From NCBI GenBank assembly GCA_026770705.1, contig JANJGN010000022.1, positions 21,390,001 to 21,454,000 of the forward strand: a DNA stretch of 64,000 bases, written 5' to 3'. Every line of letters begins with the position of its first letter. The stretch's first letter is position 1. Source of the stretch: Isurus oxyrinchus (taxonomy: Eukaryota). A program made the translations under genes and the position numbers. Below the pieces are notes generated by a model. That model did no database searches, was not told where the DNA came from, and was given only the letters and a program-made list of their open reading frames with translations. Positions 24,486-38,507 of this stretch are shown here, piece after piece.

Positions 24486-27204
24486 ATTATGTTTTTGGTA
24501 TCTGTAATTATAGTGATTTACCTTTTTTTAAAAAAAGTGGGTTAATGCAATGCATTTGCCTTTTATTGGCAGTAAGTACTTTAACTTATATTTCGCTGAG
24601 TTCCATCACTCTGCCTGTGTCCATTACCGCAGATGTATTTAGAGTAACACATGGCAAAACTGAAAAAAGTGGTAAACAAATAAAGTCCCAGTTGAGTCAG
24701 CCTCAAGGGGATAAATAATAAAATGCACTTAATGGAAGTATTAATCGCAATCCGGAGATGTTCTCTGTTCATTAGTGTGCAGCTACCGGAAGGGAAAATG
24801 CTGATGGAAGTTTAGTAAAAATTAAAATGCATAGCCAAGCCACATACTTAAGGCATTATTTAAAAAAGGGCTGCAAGCGTGCTTAATATCTTACATTTAA
24901 TTATGCCCTCCAAGGTAACCTTACAGGTCAGTAGACACTATACCAAGGCTACAAATGTGTAACTGCCTTGTGGCTGTGTTCAGCATAAAATATCTGATCA
25001 AAGCATGACTATGTAATAGAACACTTTAGCAGTTGAATCTTGTTTCCCAGAACAATTTTTTTTAATGTTTGGATTTGACTGGCAGTTTGATGAAATGTAG
25101 AAGACAAGCTTAGTTTCAGTAAATAGATCAGGTTGGAACGCTTGCATTCTTTGTGTTGACATGAGGTGATTCAAAGAACTTCTGAACCAAAAACAGGTGC
25201 AAGTTGTCAACTTATTGCATTTAACATGGAGGTTCTGAATTTCTCACTAAAATCTGTTTAAATTTTCTCCAGTTTCTTCACTTCTAGATTAACTTGTCAG
25301 ACTTTGATTAGGAAGAAGAGATAGACAAATTGCATGCCCAGTGCAAATGATTTTCCAGCTAACTCTTGTGCATATAATGAAATTATGGATCTATATTGTA
25401 GCCTGTAGCTAAAAGAAATGCTGTAAAAACTAAATTAGTGTTGCATCTCAAATGATAACTCTATACTTAAACTAATTATATGTATAGAAACCAGTGAAAT
25501 AAAAAATCAATTCAAATTCTATTTCCTCAATGAATAGTTAAATGTTTTCCATTTTGCCTTTCATTAATTAAAAGAAAACTGAACCACATGACATGGTAGA
25601 ATCTAGGTAAAACTGATGGAATGAAGGGCTCTTTCCAAGAACTGTAAAGATCCAAGTTAAATGAGTTTGAGGAACTCAGTTATGGCCCACGGTATAGAAC
25701 ATAGCATATTTGATAGAAATAAATAGTCATAATTCATTTGAGCCAGATGCCTCGGGAGGGAAGTGGAAATATTCACACTTGTACAGTAGTAGGCATTTTT
25801 TAGTTTGAAATTAAAGAGCATGGTTGAGATCAGATTCTCTGGACAATTGTGTCCCATGAGAGAGATTTTTTTATACATGTTTTCTATTGTACAAACAATA
25901 CACCATGGGAACAATGTAGAAAACTATATTTGTTCCACATATGAGTAAGACTTTTTGAAAGTCTTCCTCATTAGTGGATTAATCTTGGCATGTCTCTATT
26001 CACCCTGTGCATCCTCTGCGTTTTTCTTCAACCCTGTAGAGGAAAAGTACTCAAATAGCCAAATGGCTACCAGCCAGGGTGAGTTATGGTATAATCAGAT
26101 CTGTCCTAACATGAAATTGCAGCCATTATGGATGTGGCCTTAGAATCTGGGAAACAGCTGCTTTCTGGTTAACAGCATGTGCACTATATACCAGCACAGC
26201 CTTTCCATCACCTGTGCCCCCTTAATCAATAAACATCTGTTTCCCATTCAGTTTACACAAGCTTGTTTTATTTTAACATGTGTTTTCACTTTGAACAACA
26301 AGTACCTTGTTTTTGCTTTGTGGATTGATTTTTAATTAATAAGTTGGCTCATGGGATTGGTCAGTGTTTTTGTTAGTGAAGAAGAAAAGCAAAAGCAGCC
26401 AACCTGCTCATAATAACTATTTGGCGCTGCTTAATGGCAAATGATGAGGGGAGAGAAAATTCTTCCTTCCACCCCACCTTTTCAAAATCTGTTGTTTTCG
26501 TATTAGAAAGCACAGAAGGAGACGTCATTACAATGCTTGTGTATATAGTTGAGATTAGAAACATGCATTGCATGGATAAAAGTTGGTGGTGGACAACTAC
26601 AAAGCCTGTCTGGAACTACATTTGAAACTAATCTGACATCAGAAACATTGCTCGTATACACATTACTGTAGGTGGAGTTTTGTCTACAGTCTGTCTGCAC
26701 ATGACTTACCAGCAAAGCCATATACACTTCATTGTGGTATGGCATAAATTGAGCATCTTACTTTACTCAGTTCCTGCTGTTGTGCCATCATTCCTATCAA
26801 TTTAGTCTGCTATTAACAGCTCTTTTAATCAACTCATTTAATCTGGGGAAATAATTAAATTCATAAAAGTAATTGCCAGTGTAACTGGCACCTATTTAAG
26901 CAAGGCAAATTATTTGTTTTCATTGTGAGTGACATTGCACATGAATTACCTGAAAGGAAATTAAATACCCAATCCTATTTCATTATTTCTTTATCCTCTA
27001 GATCATTTGATGACACCCCTGTCTACCAGCCCAACCTATAGCACATTTTTCCCCCTTGGTGACATTTGCAGGTTGGGGGTGGCACAGGGGGCATATCAGT
27101 TATTTTCCTAATCTTCAATGAGATGCTTTGCTACTGTGAATTGTGAAACTTTGATAGTCCAGCTGAGAACTAACAATGTGTCAAGTGAGCTTTGTTTTAT
27201 TATT

Positions 27205-27285
27205 TCTTCATGGGTTTAGAACGTCACTGGCAAGACTGGCAGTTATTGCACATCTCTAATTGCCCTTGAGAAGATGGTGATGAGA
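27205..27285 (-). mobile_element. L2/CR1-type 3' tail fragment
   Basis: ttcatggg...gtcactggcaagactggcagttattgcacatctctaattgcccttgag. Confidence 0.65.
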
Positions 27286-28744
27286 ATTGTGGAAAGGATG
27301 AGCAAATGGTTTTGCTTTAATTATTTCCTTTTAAAGGGCAAGTCACTTGGCATCAAACCTTTGATTGTTTCTGCTGTACTTTCCCCCACTAATATCAAGT
27401 TTCCTTTATTCATTTGGCAAAGTCGGAATCACAACTTTCTCCTCTTGTTGAAAGGTAAACATTACATGCCTGATTGCATGTATGCAATTTATTTTAAAAA
27501 CTAGGGCTATTTATATGAGGATAAATTGTACACTGGTCTTAAGCAGCTATGTATCTGTGCATGCATGAAGTTGTTGTCACGTAATGAGGCGGAATGTTGA
27601 ATACCAAGACACATTCTAACTGTATTCTGGTGTAGGAGAAGGAAGGCTGTCAGAATTTTATTGTGGGTGCTGTACTACCTTGTAATTACTCCCCTTTCCT
27701 TCCTGTCCTCCGCACCCTTGCAATAAAGAAAGGTAGACTAAGACCAATTCTCCTTCATAAGCACCCATGGAATTTACTCAAGAAATTTAAAGTCTCTCCA
27801 TGTTAATGCCAAGTATTGTTGTTGGCTTCTGTGGAACGAACCAGTTCCAGACATTGAGGGCTTTCCTAACTGCTGCTGTTGATTTACTGGTGGAGGATAG
27901 TAATGCTGACTCTTGGTGCAGTATTTAAATGAGCCTAGTTTAAAATATTCAGCCACAGGCAGATTTGAAGTGCATGAAGAGTGGAGTGTCTCATATGGCT
28001 GGATAATTCCAACCCCTAGAAGTAGTTAGAATTGTGCAAAATTGATTCCTTAATTCAGGTAAATCTGCTCTTAATTCATACAAGTAAACTACTCCAGTAA
28101 CTACTTTTTATTTCTCCTATTTTGGAACTTTTGTTCTTCAAACTCCCCAGGATTTTCTTAATTGGTGCCTTCAGGCCATACTAAAGAGCCTACCTCTTGA
28201 TTTTCTTTTCCAAGTCCTAATCACTCGCCAGTACTTTGGCTTCACTCTGGAGCCTTTTATATTTGTTGAAGGTATTCCATATTGGTTTCTAGAATGCTTA
28301 CTGTAAAGGCAACTGCTGTTACAATTATTGAATGGATTTCTGCCATAATTAAAGGCAGTCATATTTAGATAGGTGTTCCAATTTATTGCATTTGCCTGGT
28401 CTGGCAACTATGAGAATAAGAAGCATATCTTTGGTTTCCATGTCACTAACTGACAGGCTGATACAGTTTCTCCAGAAGATTGTCCATTAACTTAAAGTGT
28501 GGTGACTGATTCAAAGCCAGTTTTAGGAGTTTTGTAACAATAATACTGCACCTGATGAATGTAATGAAGTGGCTAGGCTCTCTGTTCAATGACTAAGATT
28601 TATTTGAAAAACTTTGTTTTGCAATTCAGTTGTTGCTAAATTGGTTGAGCATTTCCCTGTGATGAAGCCTGAATCGAGTAGAGTATGGAAATGAGATTGT
28701 CAAGATATTAATGCTTCTTTAAACTAAGTAAATGTTAAATAACT

Positions 28745-29080
28745 CAGTAATTTAATTCAGTGAGTAGCTCAGATCAGGAAAGTCCAGGATTCCATCCCCA
28801 GCCTGTTTTGAGTCAAGGTTGACAGAAAGGAACTTCAATTGATCTCAATATCCAGGGCAAAGGAAAATCATCTTATCATTTTTTGACCCAATTTAATGGC
28901 CACTATAAAAGTATTTATGTATGTGTGTATGTGTGTACATGTAGATTGTCAAGTGAGGATACCTGAGGCTGAATGTCCTGCTAATGCTTATGATCTAGAT
29001 TCATATTACATATTAATCCCAAGTCCTTTGAGCAAGGTATAGGAGGACATCTAGAGCCCCTAGAATTGTACATCATCAAG
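28745..29080 (+). mobile_element. Decayed LF-SINE-like element
   Basis: gtccaggattccatccccagcctgttttgagt...caattgatctca...ggaaaatca resembles recalled LF-SINE consensus. Confidence 0.45.
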
Positions 29081-30391
29081 ACCTTTGCTATCTGTCATTT
29101 TATTGTATGTTCATAAGTAGTCAAAAGTTCAGGAAGGGAAGAAAATTGGAATTCATCACTATTCCCTCACGTATTAGCATTGAGACTAAGCAAACGAATA
29201 CTGTTAAGAATGAATTTATCCAGAGAGGCAATTGAAATGAGCTTCTTTGCCACTGTCATTAGTAGAGTGTTTTCATTTGTATTCTTTCTAATCGCATTAC
29301 TTTGCTTTCACTTGTGGATTACGCCGAGTGTGGCTATCAATATCTCGTTGCTGAATGAATGGAGGATATATAGATTAATCGAATAAATTAGGTTGGAAGT
29401 GGAACAAAGGTAGGCACTTGGGGAAATTAGAGACGTTTTTGCTGGATTCAAATTGGAGGTAGATATGTTGTATAAGTCAGATACTTAAAATTAATAGGAG
29501 AAAAAGAAATGGCTTTTTTCTTTGCAGATACTAGATTTGAATACAGATGGTTGTGCTTATGTTATCCACACAACATAAATAATTTGTCAGATTAGTTTGT
29601 GGGGCAGTGACAGAAATTAAATACAATACACAACTACAACACAATATTATGTGAACCCACACGATTTCTTAGGAACAGATTATGTTAAAACTGGAGCAGT
29701 ATATGGGAATTGGCAGGATGTTACAACTGAAAAAGTCAGTACACAAAGTTGATTACATTGGTCGCTACATGTCATTTTCTCTCGAAATTGATGTAATTTT
29801 TGAGTGCTAGTCTTCATCTCTCCCTTGTGGTTCTGTAAGATCTCACCATTCACTACTTAACTTTTTGTTTTCAATGCAAAATCTTATCAAAGATTTGGAG
29901 GTATTGTTTGGAAGTTTAAGCTGTCAACTATCAAAGTCAGTCTTCTCTAACCATACATATTGATTTTATAAAACATTTCAGGACGCATTTAATGAAGTTG
30001 AGATAAAATTCCCAAACTACATCTGGAGTGTGGAAATTTTACGATATTAATTTTTTTTTAATGAGACATTTCTGACTTTATTGGGGGTATTAAGAATTTG
30101 ACAACAGAGTAGAACTCCTTTTCTAGCTCTCAGACACTCGGTGGGTTTGTGTTGACGTCTGATACTTTTTCTTTTCCTCCTAAATCAAAAGCGGAAATGG
30201 GAGGAACATATTGATCATGCAAGTAACCCAACTGTGGTGTAGCATTGAATCTTCAATCAAACTCTTTCATCAATCATTGCAGTGAAAGGGTTGTGTGAAG
30301 AGTGCTGTATCAGTCAGGTGAGTTTCATTAGTTGACCATTTGATGCCAAGGATGTTCCATTTCCCATGTTCCATATGCAGAGCAATGCATA

Positions 30392-31175
30392 ACCTGAAAT
30401 ACAAATGCAGGAAATACTCAGTAGTTTAGGCACCATTTGTGAAGACAGAAACAGAGTTAAGAATTCATTTTGCTGATCTTTCATCAAAATTAGAAAATGT
30501 TACAGATGTAAGAGGTTTTAAGTAAATACAGGAGCAGGGAAAGATTGGGTGAGGATAGGGGGAGGAAATAACAAGAGGGAAGGTTTGTGATGAGGTGGAA
30601 GGCAAGAGTGATTAGTTGATAAAAGGAATAATGGTGCAAGGCAAAAAGGGATGGTAACGGGAAAAGGAAAGTGCGAAAATAAAAGATGGGTTTAGAGGAG
30701 CTGTAAATTACATCAGTAGAATCATTTATCAGCACCTGTTGACTTGAGAAAATGGGAGCAGTGGTTATGATCTGGAATTGTTGAACTCTGTTGACTCTGG
30801 AAAGTTGCAAAGTACCTAATTGAAAAATTAGTTGCTGTTCCTTGAGTTTCTGTTTAGCTTCAATGGAACAGTCTATGAGGGAGAGGGCAAAGAGCTAATG
30901 GCAGTAGGGCGGAGAATTAAAATGGCAAGAAACCAGAAGCTCAGGGGTCATGCCTGCAAACAGAACAGAGGTATTCAGCAAAATGATCACCCAATCGGCA
31001 TCTGGTCTGCCAATGTAGCAGTGAACACAATATGCAAAATTGAAATAAGTATGAGTAAATCACATTGCAGGAGTATTTGGGGCCCTGAACAGTTGATAGA
31101 AAGGAGTGAAAGGGCGGGTGTTGCATCTCCTGCTTGCATAGGAAGGTGTCATGGGAAAAGGAGAGGGAGATGGGT
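30392..31175 (-). mobile_element. Penelope family B 3' fragment
   Basis: Reverse complement of the 35020-35575 type (GIY-YIG C-terminal region plus terminal repeat). Confidence 0.75.
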
Positions 31176-31519
31176 ATTATCTCTCTGTCTTTCCATTCTC
31201 TTTCCTTTTCTAAAGAATGGGTTCAAAGAGACACATTAAGGGAACAAATGCTAACACAAACCACCTTCCCGTATTCTGAGATATGCTGCTAAGTAATCCA
31301 CAATAAGAGAAAACATGTTTTTGTTCTGAAGAAAGAAACGGAAGAAAAAAATCCAAAGCAGAAAGTGACAGTAGCATTTGCATGGAGTTAGATGGGATGA
31401 GGATTAGAGAAAATATATTGATAGCAGTCAGCTAATTCTTTGGCATCTCTACTTAACTGTTTAATTCTGTGATGCCAGCAAAATACTGTTTGTCATACTG
31501 GCCTTATTATTCTGAGATT

Positions 31520-31600
31520 TCCAAGGGCAGTTAGGGATGGGCAATCAATGCTGGCCTTGCCAGCAATGGCTACATCCCATGAACGAATAGAAGAAAAGTA
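31520..31600 (+). mobile_element. L2/CR1-type 3' tail fragment
   Basis: caagggcagttagggatgggcaatcaatgctggccttgccagcaatggctacatcccatgaacgaata. Confidence 0.7.
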
Positions 31601-34600
31601 ATGAGAAAGCTTCTGTGTTTTATTTTTCATTAAGCCTTCTTATGCAATATTGTGGAGTACACTATTTCAAAGTCACAGAATTACTAGCAGTGATACTTCA
31701 TTAAAATTAAGGAGTGTTTCATGTATCCCAGTATTCATTTTTAGTGATGCAAATTGTTATTTTTATATTATTTGGTATGGAACTACTACCAGAATCCTAC
31801 AAGAGGCCTCAAGCCGCGTTTAAAAAAAATAGTAATACTTAATGTAATTAATACTTAACATTTTCTGAAATGTTTTCCTATATTTCCAAGACATACATTG
31901 AGTCTATTACAGCTTCACTAATAAGCGCAAACAAAAACAAATGCAGAATTTTTTTTGAACCTTAGTCTGGTATTCAGGTTTTTCAATGTGTTCAAGCACA
32001 TTTTTGATTTTTAGTTGAATAAAAAATTTAATGCAAGCTCTTAAACAATCGTGAAATCTGATAATTGAAGACCCTTTATCTGTGCTGTAAACTGAAGTTG
32101 ATAATAGTTCACAACAATCCAGTGCATTAAGTGATGTGAACTAGTTGTCACCAGCTCAGACTGGAACTCTCAACAGGAACAGATTACTTGTAAAGAATCA
32201 CACTAGAACTGTTGTTAGTTAATGACTGTAAAATGCTATTGGATAAGAATTCTAATTTTGGTTTGCAGGTGTAAAGCTGCACAAAATAAAATCTCTGCTG
32301 AACTTTTATCTAACTTGTGAACCCCTTATACAGAAAACACTGCAAAGCTCAGAATTGCTGACAAACAGCTTCAAAAATAAAAGCTAACACTGCTTCAAAA
32401 TCAAAAAGAAAGTAAAGCTAAAAAATGCGCCTGAGTAAAAAGACCTAAAGTCAACTAAATAAGTTAAATGGCTCTTTTTTTTTTCATTGAAATTCAGGAT
32501 TTTTATTTGTGTTTAGGGATCACATTCCACAATTTGGTTTGCTTTTCTGTGAAAATTGAAATCCAATGGCCTAATGTATGGCATGCAAAAAGAAACTTAC
32601 AATTGAAAAGCAGATTAACACGAACTTGTCATGACTTCAGCTACAGTTATGTACAATGTTCCACCAGTTATAGGGGGAAACTGTAGTATGCAAATGGCCA
32701 AAGAAGGATGCGCAGAAACACCAAGGTAAGTTACCACAACCTCTGGTGTGCTCTGATGTCCCTGGAGCTTGAGCTCTTGTGCTCCTGTGTATCTAGAGCC
32801 TTGATTGTATAACATTTGGGTGGATTTGGGCTCAGTAAAAGCAAATCCACAATAAGATTATACTTCACAAGGTTTTCCTTGCATGTTGTCAGTGATTCTG
32901 CATGTTGATGTCTTTGCATTTCCACAAGGGGTTCAGAGCATTTACTTTGCGCCAACAGAAATGGAATGAAAGGAACAGGCTAAATGAGCATTTACCAGGA
33001 ATTGATAGAATTTGGCACCATCCATCACAAGGTATAAATTGATTCTCAGGCAGCCTGCAACAGAAAGCACTCAGCCAAACTGCAGTAAATAGAAGGCATT
33101 ACAAATACCTGAAAGGCTTTTTATTATTTAGAATTAGCTACCCTGATCTTTTGTACTAGGAGTTATTGATGCAAGTCATACTTCAAAGTAAATTATGGTT
33201 AATTGATAACTGTGCAAGACAGTAAAATGTTGAAGAGTTTACAGTTACAAACAGTGAGGAAAATATTGCCATGTTGTCTATTTCTCCTCGTGAAATTTTA
33301 AATTCTTTGTGACAATGAATACTTGGAGTAATTCTGGTGCTGAACGAAAGCCTATACCTTGCAGGGTAATGCACTTCATTCACAGTAGTGTAAAATTTTT
33401 CAGCACTTTTGCATATAAACAAGGAGAATCAGATTATGACTCATGTATAACTCAGTACTTCTGCATATTGTCTATCTACTATTTTTTTATTTGTACATAT
33501 CTAGTAATTTGTTTATAGATGTATGTCTAATCTTAATGGTTAAATAATAGCCTGCAGTAAAATCCAAAGCTAATCTGGTATTTAGACCTTCAGATAAATT
33601 TGATTGTCTGTTGATAATTATTAGTTAATGAGAGGCAGGAACTCTTGGCAAAGATATGGACAAATCTCCTTACCATGTTTTCTCCTTTGAGCTGGACTTA
33701 TTTATGAAGTTTCGTGACCAGTAACTTGCTGAGAGCCAACAAAACTTTCAACTGCGAATATCTAGATTTGAATATGAATTACAATTGCCTATTATACTGT
33801 ACTTTGAAATATTAATAAGAAATTTCTAATTATGTTTTTGAATGCTGTTGAAGTAATCTTATGAATTGTATTTGTAATGCATTTAGTTTGCCCAGAGTAT
33901 CGTGTTGGGGAGAAATTTTACCTAGCGTATGAAGGAAAACCAATAAAAAAAAATCAATGGATAGATCTCTACTATAAAGGAAGTATTTTGCATAAGTGAT
34001 GAATAAATTTGTGCTGAAGTAGTACGCTAGTCTAGCGAATAGTGAATCTATTTCCGTGAATATGCAGAAAACCTATTTTAATGAATGTAGAATTAATTTA
34101 TTTTGTTGGAATATAAAATCATTTGAATTTAAACTCTTATGCTTTAACAGGCAAAAAAGTTATGCGGGGGAGATTTGCTGCCGATGTCCCAGTTCCATTC
34201 ACCCAGGAACCTTAGGGAGCCAGTTAACACACAAAATACACGGTGCAGAAGCTTTTGCCTCTGAAAAATGCACGTAAAAGAGCATGTGGAAAGTACTGTG
34301 AACCAAAACAGAGAGCACTGCTAGAATAACATAAACAGGGCCAAAACACTGAAAACTCATTCATAAAACGAGCTGTTGAAACTATGACCCTAACAAAAAT
34401 GAAACTACCAACTCGAAACTATGAATGGGCCCTGGTGTCTTTCACAAGCCCTTTGAACCCATTCCTGGCATTAATCTCTTCACGTGGAAAGGAATGTAAC
34501 ACATATACTTTTTGGTAAAATGGTTAATTTTTTTGAAGTATTAGCCTACTGAAAAAATCACCCAGTTTCATTTGAATGATTTAAGCATATCATTCACTAC

Positions 34601-35019
34601 ACTGAGGTGTTCTATGATTATTGAACCATGTTGTACTGAGATGCTTTCAGCATTCAAAATAGACTTCTTTAATGTAGCACCTGTAAAACATTTGTTGGTT
34701 CATTGCTGGTGCCGAATATTATAAAGTACAAATTAAGTCAAGAGCAAAAAGGAAAAATAAATCACAGCACTAATGAAAAGAAAACACAGTTTTAGATTCG
34801 GTGCATGGTCTTTAAAGGGATTTTTCAAAAAACTGAATATTTCTGGAGCATTCACTTTCACTTTATTTAGTACAAATCTTAATGGACAGTTAATTTTTAA
34901 TCATTTATATTCTTATCCTTTCTGAAGATATTTAAGTTCTTAATAGCCATGACAAAGTGTTCCTTTATTCAGCATGTCTTGCTGATGTTTATACTGTCTA
35001 GTATAGTGGTAGACATGAT

Positions 35020-35575
35020 GGTTTATTTTAATTCTCCATCCTGCTCCCACTCTGGCCTCTCTGCAATTGGCCTACTGCTCTGCCTAAACAAGAGGGAACA
35101 GCATCTCATCTTTCTATCAATCACCTCAGAAGCTTCCTGGCTTAATGCTGAGTTCAACAATTTCAGATTGTAATATTGGCCCCTATTGTGTTTGTTGATT
35201 TTGGTCTTTCTCTCTTGTTTTTCTCTTTTTTTGCTTTTGGATGGCAGCTGTTCACGATTTTGCCATTCACACCTCCCCTAGACATATCTTTTTTTTTTAC
35301 ATGTCCCATTACCACTCCCTTTGGCCTTGTAATATCAACGTTTTGTCATTTAATCTCTCCTGGCTTTCACCCTATCGGAGACCTTCTCTTTGTTTTTTTT
35401 CCCGCCCTCTCCCCTTCACTTGCTTAAAATCTATTACTTTTCCCAGTTCATAGGTCATCAACCTGAAATGTTAACTCTGTTTCTCTCTCCACAGATGCTA
35501 TCAGACCTGCTGAGAATTTCTAGCATTTTCTGTGTCTATTTCAGGTTTCCATCATCTGCAATATTTTGCTTTTGT
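35020..35575 (+). mobile_element. Penelope family B 3' fragment
   Basis: FNSPSCSHSGLSAIGLL...EQHLIF...LNAEFNNFR resembles the Penelope GIY-YIG C-terminus; ends in the ctgaaatgttaactctgtttctctctccacagatgct terminal repeat. Confidence 0.8.
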
Positions 35576-38507
35576 ATGAAGGTTTAGAGTTGGACTAGTA
35601 CATTATCCGACCTACGGTGACATTGAGGCTGTTCACCTACAACTTTACTACAGCTCCACAAGAGGTAGCTGTTCTACTTTTAGTCCTTATTCATACTACT
35701 GCACTGTGGTTACCCCAGTAAGAGACCTATTACCCCTTAATATTATCCAAAAGTTAGTTACTTTTCAAACTCAAACTTCTTTGTGGCTCTCTAAATATGT
35801 ATGTTTTGCCACATCTACGAAGGTTATTCTAATATTTCCTAATGCTCTGCAAGTATAAAACTGGAAGTGTATGAAGCAAAAATTCAAAAGTTAGGCCTCT
35901 GATAAATATCAAAACTTTTATTATACTTGGTAACAATTTTTTTATGTCTGTAAAATTATTAATTTGAGATCTGCACACAAGCCGGTAAACAATACTGGAA
36001 TAGCCCTCAAGTACGTCGTGCGTGCGTGTGTGTAAACCACTGCTTCTGGAATTTGCTTAGCCTGTGAGAATTGGCTGATTGTAATTCCAGGGGAACACAG
36101 GTTTTATAGCCCAACACACTCAGCTTGTAAAACCTGACACCACTCATAAAGTCTTAAGTGCTACACTATTTTGCCAGCATTATACAAAACAACCTCCAGG
36201 GTGATTGTTAGATTACCATAATTATTGTGCATTCCAACTCAGATTGTTTCATATAAGATGAATATAGCTCCTTGAAGATCATTTAAACTCTGAGAATATG
36301 TTAATTTCATATCCTCTTGCTCCCTTTAATTCTACATCCTGCTGCGGAAATGGCTAGCTTGAGAGAAATTTGTACAGTCACAGTACAGTTTATACATTTT
36401 TAAAGGATTTTTTAAAAATGGTTTAATATCCTTGATATAAATAGTGATGGCTTTGAGTGCCTAAAGCATATTCTTTAAACAAGAAATCTAATTTACAATC
36501 TAAAATTTAAATTAAGTTTATTAAAACCTGCTAGCATTTCCCAGTTACTGTTGTGCAGTGTCTATTTATCTGGTTTCTTGTAGTGGGCTACAAATTTCAG
36601 GACTAAACCTAAATATTTTTCATTGGAAGAATCGAAGACTTTGGTTTAGAAATATCAAATTTATATTAATGATCCAAAATTTTAACACGCAAATAATATA
36701 TAAGCTTGCATCAAGATCAGAGTTGCATGTTAATCCTGTGTCTTGGAATGTCCTCATTTCATGCTGCTCTTAATCCAGCAATCTGTGGATTTTAATTATA
36801 ATTGTACTATGATCAAGATTACAGAAACCTAAATATAAAAATTTTTTTTGGTAACTTTATTAGGAATGTAAATTGGTTTCAGTTCACGTTTTGCAACCAA
36901 AGAAACATATTGGCCATTTTTTTTTTGTTTAACCCAACAATATCTGTACTATCACTTCACCCATTGCCTGGAAGCTTTGCATTTATGCTACGGCAGACAT
37001 GCATGTCTCGATTAAAAATGTGGTTTACAGTTTATACTGTAGTTATGTAGAATACAGTCACTGGTATCTGCCAGATCTGAATTTCCCAGCAGAGATGGTA
37101 ATGCAAATTTTCATTTCGGGGTTGAGGGTTACCTGGAGTAAACATTTATGTTTCCCTAGTTATCGGCATAAACACAGGCTGTTATCACCCGCCCAAATTT
37201 GTTTTCCCATTGGAGATAATAGGAGGACAGGCAGGATAAGGAAAAAATTACCTTATTTGGACCAGAACACACATGTAACTGTTGAAGAGTTGGCATGTGT
37301 CACCCAGTAATTGCTGCAGCTGTCTCCTAATTGGCATCTACAGGCAGTGAGTGGTACTTGTTGAGATTACAGTTTTAGAACATAGACTACGTGACAGATG
37401 TGAAAGGCACAGGTTGTAAGCCTATGAAAACACATGCCAAAATCAAGGGACACTGTTTCCCAGTATCATTTAAATATAAAGAAAATTGCAGTGTAATATT
37501 AGCTAGTATTATGTAATAAACAATTGCCCATTGGATTGAAAAAAAATGTAAAATATGTGGTAATTAAAAATGCACTTAATTTTCTAACCATTGGAGTAAC
37601 AGTGCACTTGTATAACGTTCAACTACCATCAATATTTATTCCTATATGTGGTCTAAAAATTACTGTTTTATACTTGTATACTTTGTCCCTTATATTTTCT
37701 AAAAATGATGTACTTGGAAACTACACCCCATTATTTCAGAATGGGCAGGTTATTTTTCTGTAATTTTTCATCTCTGGTGGTGGATAGCTACTTTCTATTA
37801 CATCACACCCAACGTTCTTCATTACCGGTCCTTGTCTGGAGTCAAATCACATAGACAAAACAGTGGCCATTTTCATGAATAAGGGAAAACAACCTTGTAA
37901 ATCTATATTTAAAGGATGACCTGCAGAGATGTTCAAGGTATAGTTTTGTATTTGTATCTATGTTGGGGCCTGACATTAATTCCACGTATTTATGCACCTT
38001 TTGTATTTTTTCCTTTTCTTATTAAACCATGCAGTTGTTTTGCTTAACTACTAACCAGCTGTGCACTGCTTTTACTCCATGCTGATAAATCATAAGATGT
38101 TGTTAGAGAGGCAAATATTCAAGAAGATAACAGGTGGTTTGAGGTAAATTCCACATTTAAAATTCCTTTGTTATCCTTTTAGTGGTGCAGCCATGAGGCT
38201 ACATTCTAAGCAAAATGAAGGAGCTTCGTACACTTGCAGAATTCATTCATAATGAACCATTCTTTGATACAGTTCATGTTGGGCCCTCACAGTTGCAGTA
38301 TTTCCTTTGTCCTAAATTATAACAGAAATCAACCACCTGTTGTTACTGTTCATTTCCTTGATGCTAAGTAGCTTCGTTTGCATACCTTGCTGTTACTTGG
38401 CATCTGTGATTTCTATGGTCTTTAAGCTGTTGCTGCCTTTGTAGTTTAATTTTAAGGAAACTGCATATATTTTCATGATCCTTATCAGAGATTCACTTTG
38501 ACACCAA

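Noticed and set aside
32641-32725. Cryptic exon with a perfect AAG|gtaagt donor
   Set aside because: Poor acceptor, 85 nt frameshifting, no recognisable peptide
34151-34264. Phase-0 reading AKKLCGG resembling the NDUFAF8 last exon
   Set aside because: Wrong strand and position relative to recalled human synteny, no upstream NDUFAF8 exons, and the match is too short
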